Below are positions 28,110 to 36,822 of a stretch of DNA of 42,657 nt, one piece after another (position 1 is the stretch's first letter; every line of letters begins with the position of its first letter). The notes below the pieces were generated by a model. It saw only the letters and a list, made by a program, of their open reading frames with translations. It was not told where the DNA came from and searched no databases. A program made the position numbers and the translations under genes. Source of the DNA: Candidatus Iainarchaeum sp. (GTDB taxonomy: Archaea; Iainarchaeota; Iainarchaeia; Iainarchaeales; JAZDFD01); NCBI GenBank assembly GCA_043808155.1, contig JAZDFD010000013.1, positions 1 to 42,657 on the forward strand. Direction: 5' to 3'.

Positions 28110-28477
28110 TAATCAACAACCTCAAATTCCAATTCATTTCCTCTTACATTAAACACTCTTAAACTTTCTAAATTATATGGATAAGAAATTATAAAGTGAA
28201 TATTCCCGAACTTTGCAAAAGCTCTCAAATCACCCTGTGAAGGTGAATTTCTGATGCCCGGGTGTGAATGTATACTCCCCATAATACTCCTGTCAAAAGG
28301 CACTAACCAGGTTTTAATTGAAGAATAATTTCTGCCATAAGTTGCAGGAACCATAACAAGTTCATCAATCACTTTGTCAGTTCCAGAAGCACCAAGCAAT
28401 GCAATAAACTCATTTGGATAAACATTTCTCGCAGAATTTATTATTGTTTCAACTGTTGCTGATTTTATTTTGATCAT
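28109..28477 (-). CDS. JAMM/MPN+ metalloprotease
   Basis: YPNEFIALL and GSIHSHP...PS.GD motif; ATGA coupling supports start 28477. Confidence 0.9.
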   Translation of the reverse strand: MIKIKSATVETIINSARNVYPNEFIALLGASGTDKVIDELVMVPATYGRNYSSIKTWLVPFDRSIMGSIHSHPGIRNSPSQGDLRAFAKFGNIHFIISYPYNLESLRVFNVRGNELEFEVVD

Positions 28478-30204
28478 TTTATCACTTTTAAGATTTTGAA
28501 TTTCATGTTTTGAGAAATCACTTCTGTGCAATCATGCGCTTCAAGTTCAATTTCCAAATTTTTCATAAATTCAAATTTATTTTCCCCAAAAGGCCAGGTT
28601 TTATTTTGCCAATTATCAAATTCCACTAAAACAACATAATCAATTTGATTATTATTAATAAATCTGCATGCATTTGAATCATAATATGAATATGACATGC
28701 TGTCTACTAATTCTGATTTTTCAAAACCCAGATGTACTGCATTTGATATTGGATAAAATATTTTTGTGTTTTTTTCATTTGGGAGCACATTCCAAACAGG
28801 TCCTGCTTGCCAATCGTTATCGTCACTTTTTAAAATCTCGATTAGATTATATGTTGTCATCAAAAGACTAATTGTTATAAGTAAAATTGCCAAATAAAAA
28901 AGAAATTTTTTCATCCTGCCTGCCTGTTGTTCTAAATACAATCCTGCCGAAGTGCATAGTAATGCATACGCCGGGTAAAAATAACGTGGAAATCCCCACT
29001 TGTTTGGGAGATGTTCCGATAGTGCGAAAATCGTGATAAAGCCAATTGTGAAAATCAAAGTAATTTTATTGAGGGTTTTTAAATTACCGTCTAAATCTTT
29101 TCTATAATTTGAAGCTATGAAAAATAAGAAAACTATTGGTAATAACCATAACCCAATGTTAAAGTCAATCAGTATTTTAACAATTTCAGCAATATTTCTC
29201 AATATAACTAACAATATGTTATTAGTTGCAATTTGACCGTATGTGCCTATGCCTATTTGGATATCCCATCCGAAATTAACTATCTGGTTCACAATATAAC
29301 ACAAAGAAATAAGTGTAGTTACTGCTGAAATTTTAAGAAATGAGTTTATGCCTTTTTTCATTAAAACAAATGTTGCTAATAAAACAAAAAAAATTATGCC
29401 TGTGAATTTTGTTAAAATTCCTAGAGCCGAACACGTCCCTGCCAGAATCAAATATCTTTCATCATTTGTTTTAAAATAACGGATTGTAAAATAAACTGCA
29501 GTGAGTAAACACAGACTCAGGTAAATGTCAACATAATATGTTGTCGATAACATTATTGTTTTTTGAGAAACAACAAAAAAAACAGACCCCGCTAATGATG
29601 GAAATCCGCATTCTTTAGAAATTAAATAGATTAAATACGCGCTAAATATCAGAATACATAATGGCATTAATTTCCAATAATCTGAATCTGAATTCATTTT
29701 CTCCAGAGCAACTGTAGCTTCAAATAACAAAGGATATCTGTTGGATCTTAATTCCAAGTCATTTTTTGGAGGAAAATTTTTGCCAAAAGCACCATCTTCC
29801 GAAAATTGATTAATCAAAGGTGCGTGTTGAACTACATCGTCCCAGTTTGCTATTGGAACAAAAATTAAGTTCATCGCAACAATAATAAAAACAAAACAAA
29901 GTATTGCTAAAAATAGTTTATCCGAAAAACTATGCAATAGTTTTGTATCTGCCAATTTATAAATCTCATCTTTCAAAGATTTTCGATTAATAATCAACAA
30001 AAACAATACTATTGCCGCATATACCAAAATTAAAATGTTGTTTATTGCAGTAAAAAATGAAATCGAGTAAAAAAGAAACCCTGTGATAAAAAAAGAAAAA
30101 ACACACCCCAATAACACTTTATTTGCATTTTTAATTTTCAAATAGTCTAATAATAGAAAACCCGGCCCTGTAAAAATAATAATTGACGTTATTAAATCTA
30201 TCAT
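28474..30204 (-). CDS. GT-C/PMT (ArnT-like) membrane glycosyltransferase
   Basis: Many TM helices; NWDD acidic loop, YPLL, YVD, LTKFTG, PRYFYP. Confidence 0.75.
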   Translation of the reverse strand: MIDLITSIIIFTGPGFLLLDYLKIKNANKVLLGCVFSFFITGFLFYSISFFTAINNILILVYAAIVLFLLIINRKSLKDEIYKLADTKLLHSFSDKLFLAILCFVFIIVAMNLIFVPIANWDDVVQHAPLINQFSEDGAFGKNFPPKNDLELRSNRYPLLFEATVALEKMNSDSDYWKLMPLCILIFSAYLIYLISKECGFPSLAGSVFFVVSQKTIMLSTTYYVDIYLSLCLLTAVYFTIRYFKTNDERYLILAGTCSALGILTKFTGIIFFVLLATFVLMKKGINSFLKISAVTTLISLCYIVNQIVNFGWDIQIGIGTYGQIATNNILLVILRNIAEIVKILIDFNIGLWLLPIVFLFFIASNYRKDLDGNLKTLNKITLIFTIGFITIFALSEHLPNKWGFPRYFYPAYALLCTSAGLYLEQQAGRMKKFLFYLAILLITISLLMTTYNLIEILKSDDNDWQAGPVWNVLPNEKNTKIFYPISNAVHLGFEKSELVDSMSYSYYDSNACRFINNNQIDYVVLVEFDNWQNKTWPFGENKFEFMKNLEIELEAHDCTEVISQNMKFKILKVIK

Positions 30205-30234
30205 TTTATCACTAACATGCGTCTTAACTTAATA

Positions 30235-31428
30235 TCACACACTAAAATATATTAAAATAGTCGGCACCATTAGAAAAGCCATGCAGTTTATTCTTCTGAT
30301 TTCTCTTGTTTGCGAGAAGATGCCAATTCCTGCGGCACTAGCATATGCTAAACAACCCACAAAACCAGATAACAAAAAAACAATCAAACTCACACCCAAA
30401 AGAACTGATAAATTCAATTTTTTGTAATTGATTTTTTTAATAATTCCCATTAGCTTCTGTGCAGATAAATTAACTGCAAAATACCCAAAGGCAAGTGAAA
30501 TCAGAATTGTGCCTAATAAAAAAATCAAATGAATTTCCTGTAATGAAAAAAGTCCTTTAATTGCAGCTGCACTCCCTGTCCTTGTTTTCCCAAGAGAGTA
30601 AAGAACAATGAATGAAAGAATCATATTTACTGTATTTATACTTCCAATGAGCACTAAGTAAATCTTAGTTTCAATATTTCCAAAGACTTTTCCCGTAACA
30701 AATGCTGCTTGCGCAGGGCCAATACTCGGAATTATGGAAACAAACGCACCCGAAACCAAACCCAGAAAAGAACCCATCAAAACTTCACGTTTGTCAAATT
30801 TCACTTTCAGATTTTTCTGCGGTGCAAATTTCTGATTCTGCATAATACTCTGAAAAAGTATCGGTGCTCCGAAAAAACCAGTTGCAAGTGGTAATAATGC
30901 ATTTCCTAAATTAAAATTCCCCTTAAGCATAATCACCCCTAATATCCCCGAAAGTGTCACAACTAATAATGCATTTCTTTTTCTTCTGAAAGTTTCCTCT
31001 GAAATAATCATTGAACCAAGAATCACAATTAGAATCCATGGGATAAAAAATTTTACAAATTCAATTGAATCTGTTATGAAAATAAAAAACAAAGGTGAAA
31101 TAACAATAGCAAAAATACCACCAAACAAACCGCCTATTGCTGAAAGTTTCACTGCCTCAAATCCGTTTCCCTCATTAATCATCCTGTGCCCTGGTAAAAC
31201 TGCAACAAAAGTTTCTGAATCCGGAGCACCCAGCAAAATACTCGGGACAAAATCAACAAATGTATGGACCACACTCATTGCAACAATTAAAATTACTAAA
31301 TTAAAATCTCCAAATACTGCAACTCCTAAGGCGAAAGCAGAAACTGTATTTATGTGAATTCCCGGAATCAACCCAGTCACTACACCAAGCAAACAGCCTG
31401 CAATAACATACAGAAAAATCTCTAGCAT
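30235..31428 (-). CDS. TctA-like (DUF112) multi-pass membrane protein
   Basis: TGLIPGIHIN, HTFVDFVPSILLGAP, VLPGHRM, GKTRTG. Confidence 0.85.
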   Translation of the reverse strand: MLEIFLYVIAGCLLGVVTGLIPGIHINTVSAFALGVAVFGDFNLVILIVAMSVVHTFVDFVPSILLGAPDSETFVAVLPGHRMINEGNGFEAVKLSAIGGLFGGIFAIVISPLFFIFITDSIEFVKFFIPWILIVILGSMIISEETFRRKRNALLVVTLSGILGVIMLKGNFNLGNALLPLATGFFGAPILFQSIMQNQKFAPQKNLKVKFDKREVLMGSFLGLVSGAFVSIIPSIGPAQAAFVTGKVFGNIETKIYLVLIGSINTVNMILSFIVLYSLGKTRTGSAAAIKGLFSLQEIHLIFLLGTILISLAFGYFAVNLSAQKLMGIIKKINYKKLNLSVLLGVSLIVFLLSGFVGCLAYASAAGIGIFSQTREIRRINCMAFLMVPTILIYFSV

Positions 31429-31778
31429 TTTCCCACGCGCTCCGCAACAATTTCAAGTTCATTCTCATAAATTTCAATTTTACCTTCAATTTCCACAAAA
31501 GAATTCTTTCTAATAAGAGAATATTCTTCCCGTCCAGGATTGAAAACAACACCTTTAATTTTTGCACCATCATTTATTGTAAAAATCAGAACATTAGTTG
31601 CAAGATAACTGGAGTCAATTCTCCCGCAGACAATTACGCGCTCACCTTTAATTTCTTCAGAAATTTCCGAAATTTTTAAAGAATGCGCTTCATAACTATA
31701 ACTAACAATAAACAGAACTACAATTCCAAGCACAGCCAAGCTTAACGCTAACCTTGCAACCAACTCCTCTCTAAGCAT
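31422..31778 (-). CDS. membrane-anchored OB-fold protein
   Basis: N-terminal TM; GERVIVCGRI..FTINDG..IKGVVF..VEIEGKIEIY..ELEIVA OB-fold pattern. Confidence 0.75.
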   Translation of the reverse strand: MLREELVARLALSLAVLGIVVLFIVSYSYEAHSLKISEISEEIKGERVIVCGRIDSSYLATNVLIFTINDGAKIKGVVFNPGREEYSLIRKNSFVEIEGKIEIYENELEIVAERVGKC

Positions 31779-31813
31779 TAATCAAATTAGAATCAGAAAT
31801 AATTAAAAAGATA

Positions 31814-32137
31814 TTAATTTGCATCTACTAAGATATTTACAAGACCAGTTGAATTTTCAACTTTAAGTTTAACTCTATTTTCTAAATCCGTAGTATTCCC
31901 GGGGTTTCCGGACAAATTTATCGTAAGCGTATTTGTTGCAGTATCAAAATTTACATTAGTTATATAATAAAATTCATCTTGTTCCGAGAGCCAGCTTAAA
32001 GTTTCAGATTTTGCAATAAGCATTGCATTTGTAGTGTCCTGCTCTGCAAAGTGATATCCTGCAATTACAATCGCAAGACTAAAAATAACAAGTGTAAGAA
32101 GAAGAAACTCAAAACTAAGTTGGCCTTTCCGATTCAC
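31814..32137 (-). CDS. pilin-like protein (class III signal peptide)
   Basis: RKG|QLSFEFLLL, GTG start. Confidence 0.8.
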   Translation of the reverse strand: MNRKGQLSFEFLLLTLVIFSLAIVIAGYHFAEQDTTNAMLIAKSETLSWLSEQDEFYYITNVNFDTATNTLTINLSGNPGNTTDLENRVKLKVENSTGLVNILVDAN

Positions 32138-32145
32138 AAGACCAC

Positions 32146-32628
32146 CTAATTTAATTCAACATCTCCGGAGTCTGATTCCACACTAACTTCAAAAAATTCG
32201 CCTTTATCCGTACTTGGATTGGTTAAATTAACGCTTCCACAATTTAGATTAACTGCGCCCAAATTTATTTTCGAAGTACATTTTGTATCGTCTGAGTCCC
32301 CGTCTGTACTACATGCGTCCACAGGCATACCATAAAGTTTAACTGAGAAAGCAACACTAGCTGGCGGACCCGAACTGCAGACTATATCTGACTCTTTTGG
32401 AACAAACAAATGCAAAGTTCTCTTGCCCTCGCCTAATGAGCTGGACATTTCATTTATTGCAGATGCTAATTTCTCAGCTGAAAGTTTTGTCTGCCCCAAA
32501 CGAGTTGTGTCTTGCGCTGCATCAATTGCAGGCTCAAGAACATTTACAGTAAGCAATTGTAAATAACCAAGACAAACTAAAATGATTAACATAAATTCAA
32601 TAGAAATTTGACCTTTTTTAGATTTCAT
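32146..32628 (-). CDS. pilin-like protein (class III signal peptide)
   Basis: MKSKKG|QISIEFMLIIL; ATGA coupling supports start 32628. Confidence 0.8.
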   Translation of the reverse strand: MKSKKGQISIEFMLIILVCLGYLQLLTVNVLEPAIDAAQDTTRLGQTKLSAEKLASAINEMSSSLGEGKRTLHLFVPKESDIVCSSGPPASVAFSVKLYGMPVDACSTDGDSDDTKCTSKINLGAVNLNCGSVNLTNPSTDKGEFFEVSVESDSGDVELN

Positions 32629-33740
32629 AATATTAAATTCCAAATCAAATCACCAACTATATTAAGCATCACATATCCTATTAATACTGCAGGCACAAAA
32701 GGTGCACTCATCTTTATTCTCATTTTATTTTCTAAAAGGCCTCCCTTTTGAAGCTTCTTCAGCTCAATGATTTCTCCATCAGTTACGCCGCGTGCTTTTC
32801 TTGCGGAAATAACTTCTCTGCCTTTGGGATTCATATATTCTTTCAGACCTTCCAAATTATTATCCTTAAAGTACTTAATAATTGTTTTTATCTCAATTTG
32901 CGGTTTCTTAATCACTTTCCCATTATTAAAAAGCATGGTTTCAGCAGGTATGTCTCCCTCTTCCAATTTATCAAGAGTGATTTCCTTTTCAAGCGCCTTC
33001 TTAGAATAAAAATAAAACTTAATCATTGCATAAACAAAAACAATCAAAATGTAAAGTATTACTGCACTATAAACCGCGCTAATTCCATTGTTGTAAAATG
33101 CAACTCCAAATACAAGGAATGCAACAACTTTCCTCACAAATCCCGACATTTTGTAAAATAAAAACATTGTTGGGAGAAGAACTAACCAATGAACCCCAAA
33201 AAATGCAATAATACTTGAAATTCCAACAAGCCCCAAAGTTGCCTCAATACTCACTTTCATTTTTTCTTTAATGTCTTTGATAATTTCTGTTCTCATTTCT
33301 GTTTTTTTATGTACTGCATTCACAGTAAGTAATGCACCATAAGGGAGCATTGCAAAAACTGAAAAAATAAAAAGTGAAAGCGGAAATATAGGAAGTGCAA
33401 TACTTTTGAATAATGGAATCTGAAATCCTAAATTATAAAGCAAATTAGGATTAATCGGATTTAGAGCTGCAAGTGCAGTCATTAATTTCACATCCCCGCC
33501 TGCCCAGACACCAATTTTCCAAAGTAAATATGAACCAAAAAATGTGAGAATAGTGACAACAACTGCAGTTCCAAGAATCATGTAATCATTGTAATAATAA
33601 CTCATAACCCCCTGCAGAATAAATCCCGAAAAAAGCATTGCATAATTCAATTTATTTGAAATAATCCTTTCCTTAAAATCAGTATAAGTTGCAATAATCA
33701 GCCCGATAATCGAAATACTGAATGCAACCAGGTAAAACAA
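32625..33740 (-). CDS. prepilin peptidase (A24), long EppA-like form
   Basis: YTDFKERII, WAGGDVKL catalytic Asp motifs, extra TM helices, LEEGDI, APFVPA. Confidence 0.9.
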   Translation of the reverse strand: MFYLVAFSISIIGLIIATYTDFKERIISNKLNYAMLFSGFILQGVMSYYYNDYMILGTAVVVTILTFFGSYLLWKIGVWAGGDVKLMTALAALNPINPNLLYNLGFQIPLFKSIALPIFPLSLFIFSVFAMLPYGALLTVNAVHKKTEMRTEIIKDIKEKMKVSIEATLGLVGISSIIAFFGVHWLVLLPTMFLFYKMSGFVRKVVAFLVFGVAFYNNGISAVYSAVILYILIVFVYAMIKFYFYSKKALEKEITLDKLEEGDIPAETMLFNNGKVIKKPQIEIKTIIKYFKDNNLEGLKEYMNPKGREVISARKARGVTDGEIIELKKLQKGGLLENKMRIKMSAPFVPAVLIGYVMLNIVGDLIWNLIL

Positions 33741-33751
33741 AATCCTCTCAC

Positions 33752-33922
33752 CTATTGCATTAACGATGAAATAGTTTCTGTTCTGTATGCTGCAATTCTT
33801 CCCTGAGCTGCTTGTGCAATACCGCTAATGCCTTGAATTAAAAGTGCAGCAATCATTGCCAGCATAATTCCAAACACTGCAGTAAGAAGATACTCAAATG
33901 AAACTTGCGCTTTATTATCCAT
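33752..33922 (-). CDS. 56-aa mini-pilin, not in the ORF track
   Basis: MDNKA|QVSFEYLLTAVFGIMLAMIAALLIQGISGIAQAAQGRIAAYRTETISSLMQ. Confidence 0.85.
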   Translation of the reverse strand: MDNKAQVSFEYLLTAVFGIMLAMIAALLIQGISGIAQAAQGRIAAYRTETISSLMQ

Positions 33923-33975
33923 TTTAAACCACTAATATTACTCCGAGGTTATTTATATGTGTTTTTATGGGTTTA

Positions 33976-34146
33976 TTAATTTTTCAGGTTTTCCCACGCA
34001 TTTTCTACTTTATTAAATGCACTATGTGTCTCTGTGCTTCCAAGCAGACCCAATTCATTTAATATTATTATCACAACTGCCACTAGCAAAATTACGCCGC
34101 CAATAAGTAACAAATATTCCAATGCACCCTGACCTTTATTATCCAT
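33976..34146 (-). CDS. 56-aa mini-pilin, not in the ORF track
   Basis: MDNKG|QGALEYLLLIGGVILLVAVVIIILNELGLLGSTETHSAFNKVENAWENLKN. Confidence 0.88.
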   Translation of the reverse strand: MDNKGQGALEYLLLIGGVILLVAVVIIILNELGLLGSTETHSAFNKVENAWENLKN

Positions 34147-34206
34147 GTCATTAATAACGCACTTCTTATTTAAAAGAATTTCTAAGCAGAGCTTAGCCTC
34201 ACTTAT

Positions 34207-34246
34207 AAATAAAAAAATAAAAAAAAGAAGAAAGATAAACTTTCTT
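34207..34246 (-). terminator. hairpin + long T-tract terminator after the putative major pilin
   Basis: aagaaag/ctttctt stem 34228-34246 followed on the minus strand by a ~20-nt T-rich run. Confidence 0.65.
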
Positions 34247-34281
34247 TACAAATCATTTAGGCTTAGAATCTGTAGCATTTA

Positions 34282-34458
34282 TCATCCCAGATTATTCAGT
34301 TCGCCATATGCGGTGTCTACTTTTGTAGCGCCTATGTCCTTTGCACCAACACCAGTAGTACCTAAACTATTAAGGATTACAATGACAATTGCAGCTATTA
34401 ATACAGCACCGCCAATAAGCAGCAAGTATTCCAAAGCTCCTTGTCCTTTATTATCCAT
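34282..34458 (-). CDS. 58-aa mini-pilin, candidate major pilin
   Basis: MDNKG|QGALEYLLLIGGAVLIAAIVIVIL; GAGGGTGA RBS, own TATA and terminator. Confidence 0.88.
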   Translation of the reverse strand: MDNKGQGALEYLLLIGGAVLIAAIVIVILNSLGTTGVGAKDIGATKVDTAYGELNNLG

Positions 34459-34510
34459 CACATCACCCTCCATATTGTTCAAATTTTATATGTTTAAACA
34501 TTAAACTGCT

Positions 34511-34518
34511 TTATATAA
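34511..34518 (-). promoter_or_regulatory. TATA box for the candidate major pilin
   Basis: TTATATAA preceded on the minus strand by purine-rich AAAAAGAAAG (BRE-like). Confidence 0.55.
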
Positions 34519-34527
34519 CTTTCTTTT

Positions 34528-34707
34528 TTACAATCCATTTATTGCGTTTATAGTGTTATTTGTGGCAGTTCCTGCTTCATTATTTATCTGGCTACCAATT
34601 CCATCTGGCCCAAAAAGCCATAATGCAACTAGTAATGCAATCAAAATAACCCCTGCCAGTATTATGAGCATTTCTGTTGCTCCCTGAGCACGCTCTTCAT
34701 TAATCAT
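34528..34707 (-). CDS. 59-aa mini-pilin, not in the ORF track
   Basis: MINEERA|QGATEMLIILAGVILIALLVALWLFGPDGIGSQINNEAGTATNNTINAINGL; ATGA coupled to the upstream TadC-like gene. Confidence 0.85.
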   Translation of the reverse strand: MINEERAQGATEMLIILAGVILIALLVALWLFGPDGIGSQINNEAGTATNNTINAINGL

Positions 34708-35621
34708 AAATTCACACCTACCATTCCCGCAGCCATAAATGCTGCTAAATAATAAACTATAAATGCAACTAATAAAAGTATTGGAATATACATCAGACCT
34801 TTTTTTGCTTTACCATGTCTCATAAGTGCAATCATTAATCCAGAGGCAACAACTGCAATTATAATGTAAGCCTGCATAAGGAATTTTATCGTCTCTAATG
34901 CTATTTTTGCATTTGTTTCAATATCCATGCCAGAACCAAGCCCCTGTAAAGTAGAGGTCATTAAAAATCCGACAATGGATGAAACCATACCCATAATCAT
35001 TGGTGAAACAACACCACCCGCAGCAACCATAAACAAAACCTGCATTAATGTTCTGGTTTTTCTTTCCACACCAATTCTATGCATTGCTCTTATGTCATCT
35101 GCAATTTCATCTAAAATATCTGCTAAACCAGCACCTGCTTTAATTGAATCTAAAATTATTTCAGTGCTTCTCTTAACAAGTCGTGAATCAATATTCCGTG
35201 AAAAACTTCTTAATGAATTTTCTAAGTTTTCTCCTTCTTCTAATTTTCTAAGAACCTGTGCCATCTCTTGTGTTAAGGGACCATACTGCGCAGTGGAAAT
35301 TTCACGCAAAGCATATTCATAAGTTCCGCCTGCCTTCAGAGTATCAGCCATCTGTTTCAGTGCATCAGGCAAGGCTTCTTCAATTGAATCAATTCTTTTA
35401 TCTTTTTTAATTATTGGATAACCTAAAAACAAATCCAACAACACAAGCAATATAACAAATGCCATCAAAGTTGAAACTGGAATTTTTGTAACAAGAATTA
35501 CAAACCATGTCATTATTGCTAATGCAAATGATACTGCTAAAGAAATAATTATCCAGACTTTAGCATCTACATGCATCTGTGCCTGATCCAAAATTCTTTG
35601 ATATTGTTTTAACAAATTCAT
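34704..35621 (-). CDS. TadC/T2SS-F family pilus platform protein
   Basis: IEEALPDALKQMADTLKAG, YGPLTQE, GAGLADILDEIA. Confidence 0.9.
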   Translation of the reverse strand: MNLLKQYQRILDQAQMHVDAKVWIIISLAVSFALAIMTWFVILVTKIPVSTLMAFVILLVLLDLFLGYPIIKKDKRIDSIEEALPDALKQMADTLKAGGTYEYALREISTAQYGPLTQEMAQVLRKLEEGENLENSLRSFSRNIDSRLVKRSTEIILDSIKAGAGLADILDEIADDIRAMHRIGVERKTRTLMQVLFMVAAGGVVSPMIMGMVSSIVGFLMTSTLQGLGSGMDIETNAKIALETIKFLMQAYIIIAVVASGLMIALMRHGKAKKGLMYIPILLLVAFIVYYLAAFMAAGMVGVNL

Positions 35622-35625
35622 TTTC

Positions 35626-36822
35626 TTACACTCTCGGTTGTGTCATTGTAATGTAAATTACTAACCATCCTAAAATCATTGGCATGAGTAATAAATAAAA
35701 TATTTCCACCATTGGTGCACCATTTACTGCAACTGTTAAAGGAATTGCTTCAAATACATTCATCCCACCCATTGATAATGGCGTGTTTCTTATTCCACCT
35801 AAAATTGCAACAAACACAGGAAGAACAATTGCAACAAAAATGAAAATCACACCAAAGAAATTCATTTTTTCTGCAAAGTCACGAACTTTAGTTCTCAGTT
35901 CAAATGCAACATCCTCTGCAATCTCATTCATAATATCTGAAAGATTTCCGCCTGTTTTCAATGCTCTTATAACATGCATTAATGCATTTGCTAATGCTTT
36001 GCTTTGACATCTCTGTGCCATATGTCGTAATGCTAATTTAGTATCAGTTCCTTCTTCAATTTCATTTATTGTACGTGCAAACTCTTCACTTAAATCACCA
36101 TAGTCTGCAACTGCAATTGCCTGCAAAGTTCTGTACAATCCAATTCCAGCTCTTAATTCTGTTGCCATGTGTCTTAGTGCAAATGGCAGTTCCATACTTA
36201 TATTTTCACCGCGAATTCTTGCGCGTCTTCGTGGATTTAATAACATAACAACTAATGCAAAGAAAAATGCAAGAACTGAAATTGCAACAACCACAAGTAT
36301 CTGACCAAACGGAGTTAAAGCAGCCAAACCAAAAGCAGCTACAACCGACATCAATATTAACATAAAAAAGAAAACAACTAACGCAGCCGCAACTGATAAT
36401 GCAACATACTGACGTGCAGAGTATTTCATGTTTGCAGAGTACAAATAGAAATCAATTTCTTTAACCTGGGGTGTTTTAGAAACTAATCTTGTTATTGGAT
36501 GTGTTAAAATTTTAAATTTCAAATAAAAATTTCCTAATTTCTGAACCGTCGGAGCTTTAAAATCAGAAAGATCATCAACTGACTGCATTGATGTATCTGC
36601 TTTACCTTCTGCAATAATTCCGCGGAGTTCTTTTAATTTTCCTCCGACTTCTTCCATTTCAACTCCCTGATCTTTGTATTTCTTTTTCATGTTTGTTACA
36701 ATTCTGTCAACTTGTTTATCATCAACAGTTTCAGGAGCCATGCTTACGCTTGATTTTTTATCGTCGGACTCTTTCTTTTCGCCAATTCTTCTTTTCAAAA
36801 AATCAAGTCTGCCCATTTTCAA
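35626..36822 (-). CDS. TadB/TadC (T2SS-F) family pilus platform protein
   Basis: ELPFALRHMATELRAGIGL, YGDLSEEF, TGGNLSDI; start is TTG 36822 or ATG 36816. Confidence 0.9.
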   Translation of the reverse strand: MKMGRLDFLKRRIGEKKESDDKKSSVSMAPETVDDKQVDRIVTNMKKKYKDQGVEMEEVGGKLKELRGIIAEGKADTSMQSVDDLSDFKAPTVQKLGNFYLKFKILTHPITRLVSKTPQVKEIDFYLYSANMKYSARQYVALSVAAALVVFFFMLILMSVVAAFGLAALTPFGQILVVVAISVLAFFFALVVMLLNPRRRARIRGENISMELPFALRHMATELRAGIGLYRTLQAIAVADYGDLSEEFARTINEIEEGTDTKLALRHMAQRCQSKALANALMHVIRALKTGGNLSDIMNEIAEDVAFELRTKVRDFAEKMNFFGVIFIFVAIVLPVFVAILGGIRNTPLSMGGMNVFEAIPLTVAVNGAPMVEIFYLLLMPMILGWLVIYITMTQPRV

